NCBI GenBank assembly: GCA_000175855.1
Contig: ACYB01000042.1
Span: forward strand, 150,001 to 182,000
Direction: 5' to 3'
Length of the DNA: 32,000 nt
Source: Raphidiopsis brookii D9
GTDB taxonomy: Bacteria; Cyanobacteriota; Cyanobacteriia; Cyanobacteriales; Nostocaceae
Position 1 is the stretch's first letter, and each line of letters opens with the position of its first letter. Below the pieces are notes generated by a model, which had not been told where the DNA came from, did not search any database, and worked only from the letters and a program-made list of their open reading frames with translations. A program made the translations under genes and the position numbers. Of this stretch, positions 31,026-32,000 are shown one piece after another.

Positions 31026-31892
31026 CTATTCTTCAACATGAGCACAACGACGATAGAGAAAATCCAGAGCATAGTTCCTCAAATGATAATATTCTGTACT
31101 TTCCATAATTTGACGACGCTGACGAGGACGAGAAAAAGGAATATCTAGTATTTCACCAATATTAGCAGCAGGTCCATTTGTCATCATGACCAATTTATCA
31201 GCTAGAAAAAGGGCTTCATCAATATCATGAGTAATCATTAACACAGTAACCTGATGATCTGACCAAATTTGCAGTAGTTCCTCTTGTAATTCTTCCTTAG
31301 TAATTGCATCCAAAGCACCAAAAGGTTCATCCAAAATCAGAACTTGAGGACGAATAGCCAAAGCACGAGCAATAGCCACCCTTTGTTTCATACCTCCTGA
31401 TATTTGATGGGGTTTCTTTTGAGCAGCTTCCGTCAGTCCTACCATACCTAAATGTTCTATGACTATAGACCGTTTTTCAGCCTGACTTTTATGAGGAAAT
31501 ACAGAGTCAACAGCAAGATAAACATTTTCAAAAACACTTAGCCAGGGAAGTAGACAATAGTTTTGAAAAACCATCATCCGGTCTGGTCCTGGTTCAGTAA
31601 CAGGTTCACCTTGCAACCAGACCATACCATTGGTAGGTTGATTGAATCCAGAAATCATATTTAACAATGTGGATTTACCACAACCAGAATGTCCAATGAA
31701 ACAAATAAATTCTCCTTCTTGGACTTTGAGACTAATGTTGTCTAAAACAGTATATGGTCCCTCGGCGGTGGGGTAAATTTTGTTCACACCGTCAATGAAT
31801 AGGAAGTCCCGTGATTTTTGGTGAGACTGTGGATTACCTAAAGCTTGAAGCTGAGTATTTTTAGGGAGATTCAATGTGGTCATGACTTTCAT
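31026..31892 (-). CDS. nrtD: nitrate/nitrite ABC transporter ATP-binding protein
   Basis: 288 aa. Walker [10 protein letters not shown], signature [15 protein letters not shown], Walker [13 protein letters not shown]. Directly upstream of narB. The start may be the internal MTTLNLP. Confidence 0.88.
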   Translation of the reverse strand: MKVMTTLNLPKNTQLQALGNPQSHQKSRDFLFIDGVNKIYPTAEGPYTVLDNISLKVQEGEFICFIGHSGCGKSTLLNMISGFNQPTNGMVWLQGEPVTEPGPDRMMVFQNYCLLPWLSVFENVYLAVDSVFPHKSQAEKRSIVIEHLGMVGLTEAAQKKPHQISGGMKQRVAIARALAIRPQVLILDEPFGALDAITKEELQEELLQIWSDHQVTVLMITHDIDEALFLADKLVMMTNGPAANIGEILDIPFSRPRQRRQIMESTEYYHLRNYALDFLYRRCAHVEE

Positions 31893-31948
31893 CCTTTAAT
31901 TTAGTTAATTCGGTGTTAAGTAAGTGTTAATTCAGTGAGTGGATGGCA

Positions 31949-32000
31949 CTAGACCAGAGCTTCTTCAACTCGCACCTGAGATTTAATGGCTAAACCTGTA
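31949..32000 (-). CDS. nrtC: 3' end of the gene upstream of nrtD, likely nrtC (truncated by window edge)
   Basis: Minus strand reads ..TGLAIKSQVRVEEALV-stop, in the expected position for the NrtC C-terminus in an nrtABCD-narB order. Confidence 0.5.
   Translation of the reverse strand, partial: TGLAIKSQVRVEEALV

Overview
This 32 kb window looks like chromosomal DNA from a filamentous cyanobacterium, possibly Raphidiopsis/Cylindrospermopsis-like. That genus is inferred from protein flavour and HIP1 sites, not checked. It is gene-dense and mostly housekeeping. In order it carries: partial ABC1/UbiB-type kinase, conserved membrane protein, gloB, menD(-), folB, an HD-family hydrolase(-), thrB(-), ndhD, thrS(-, disrupted), DUF2605-like and DUF2973-like proteins, a DICT/GAF-type histidine kinase, psaD, trpE, a Ycf35/DUF1257 protein(-), a Ycf46 AAA+ ATPase(-), an RHH-like protein(-), sqdB, a SqdX-type glycosyltransferase, a small conserved protein(-), purC, an Omp85/BamA-family protein (disrupted), a CHAT-FHA protein, a conserved hypothetical, an FHA-PrsW protein(-), a narM-like gene(-), psiE-like(-), narB(-, disrupted), nrtD(-) and the 3' end of nrtC(-). 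I see no CRISPR array, transposase, rRNA or tRNA. Two observations stand out. (1) A compact locus at 24140-27761 pairs a caspase-like CHAT protease fused to an FHA domain with a PrsW-type intramembrane protease also fused to an FHA domain, with a conserved unknown protein between them. It is a plausible phospho-dependent protease module. (2) Three normally full-length genes (thrS, Omp85, narB) are broken by single-base indels in or next to homopolymers. Base arithmetic restores an intact multiple-of-three ORF in each case. This suggests sequence errors or, less likely, real decay.
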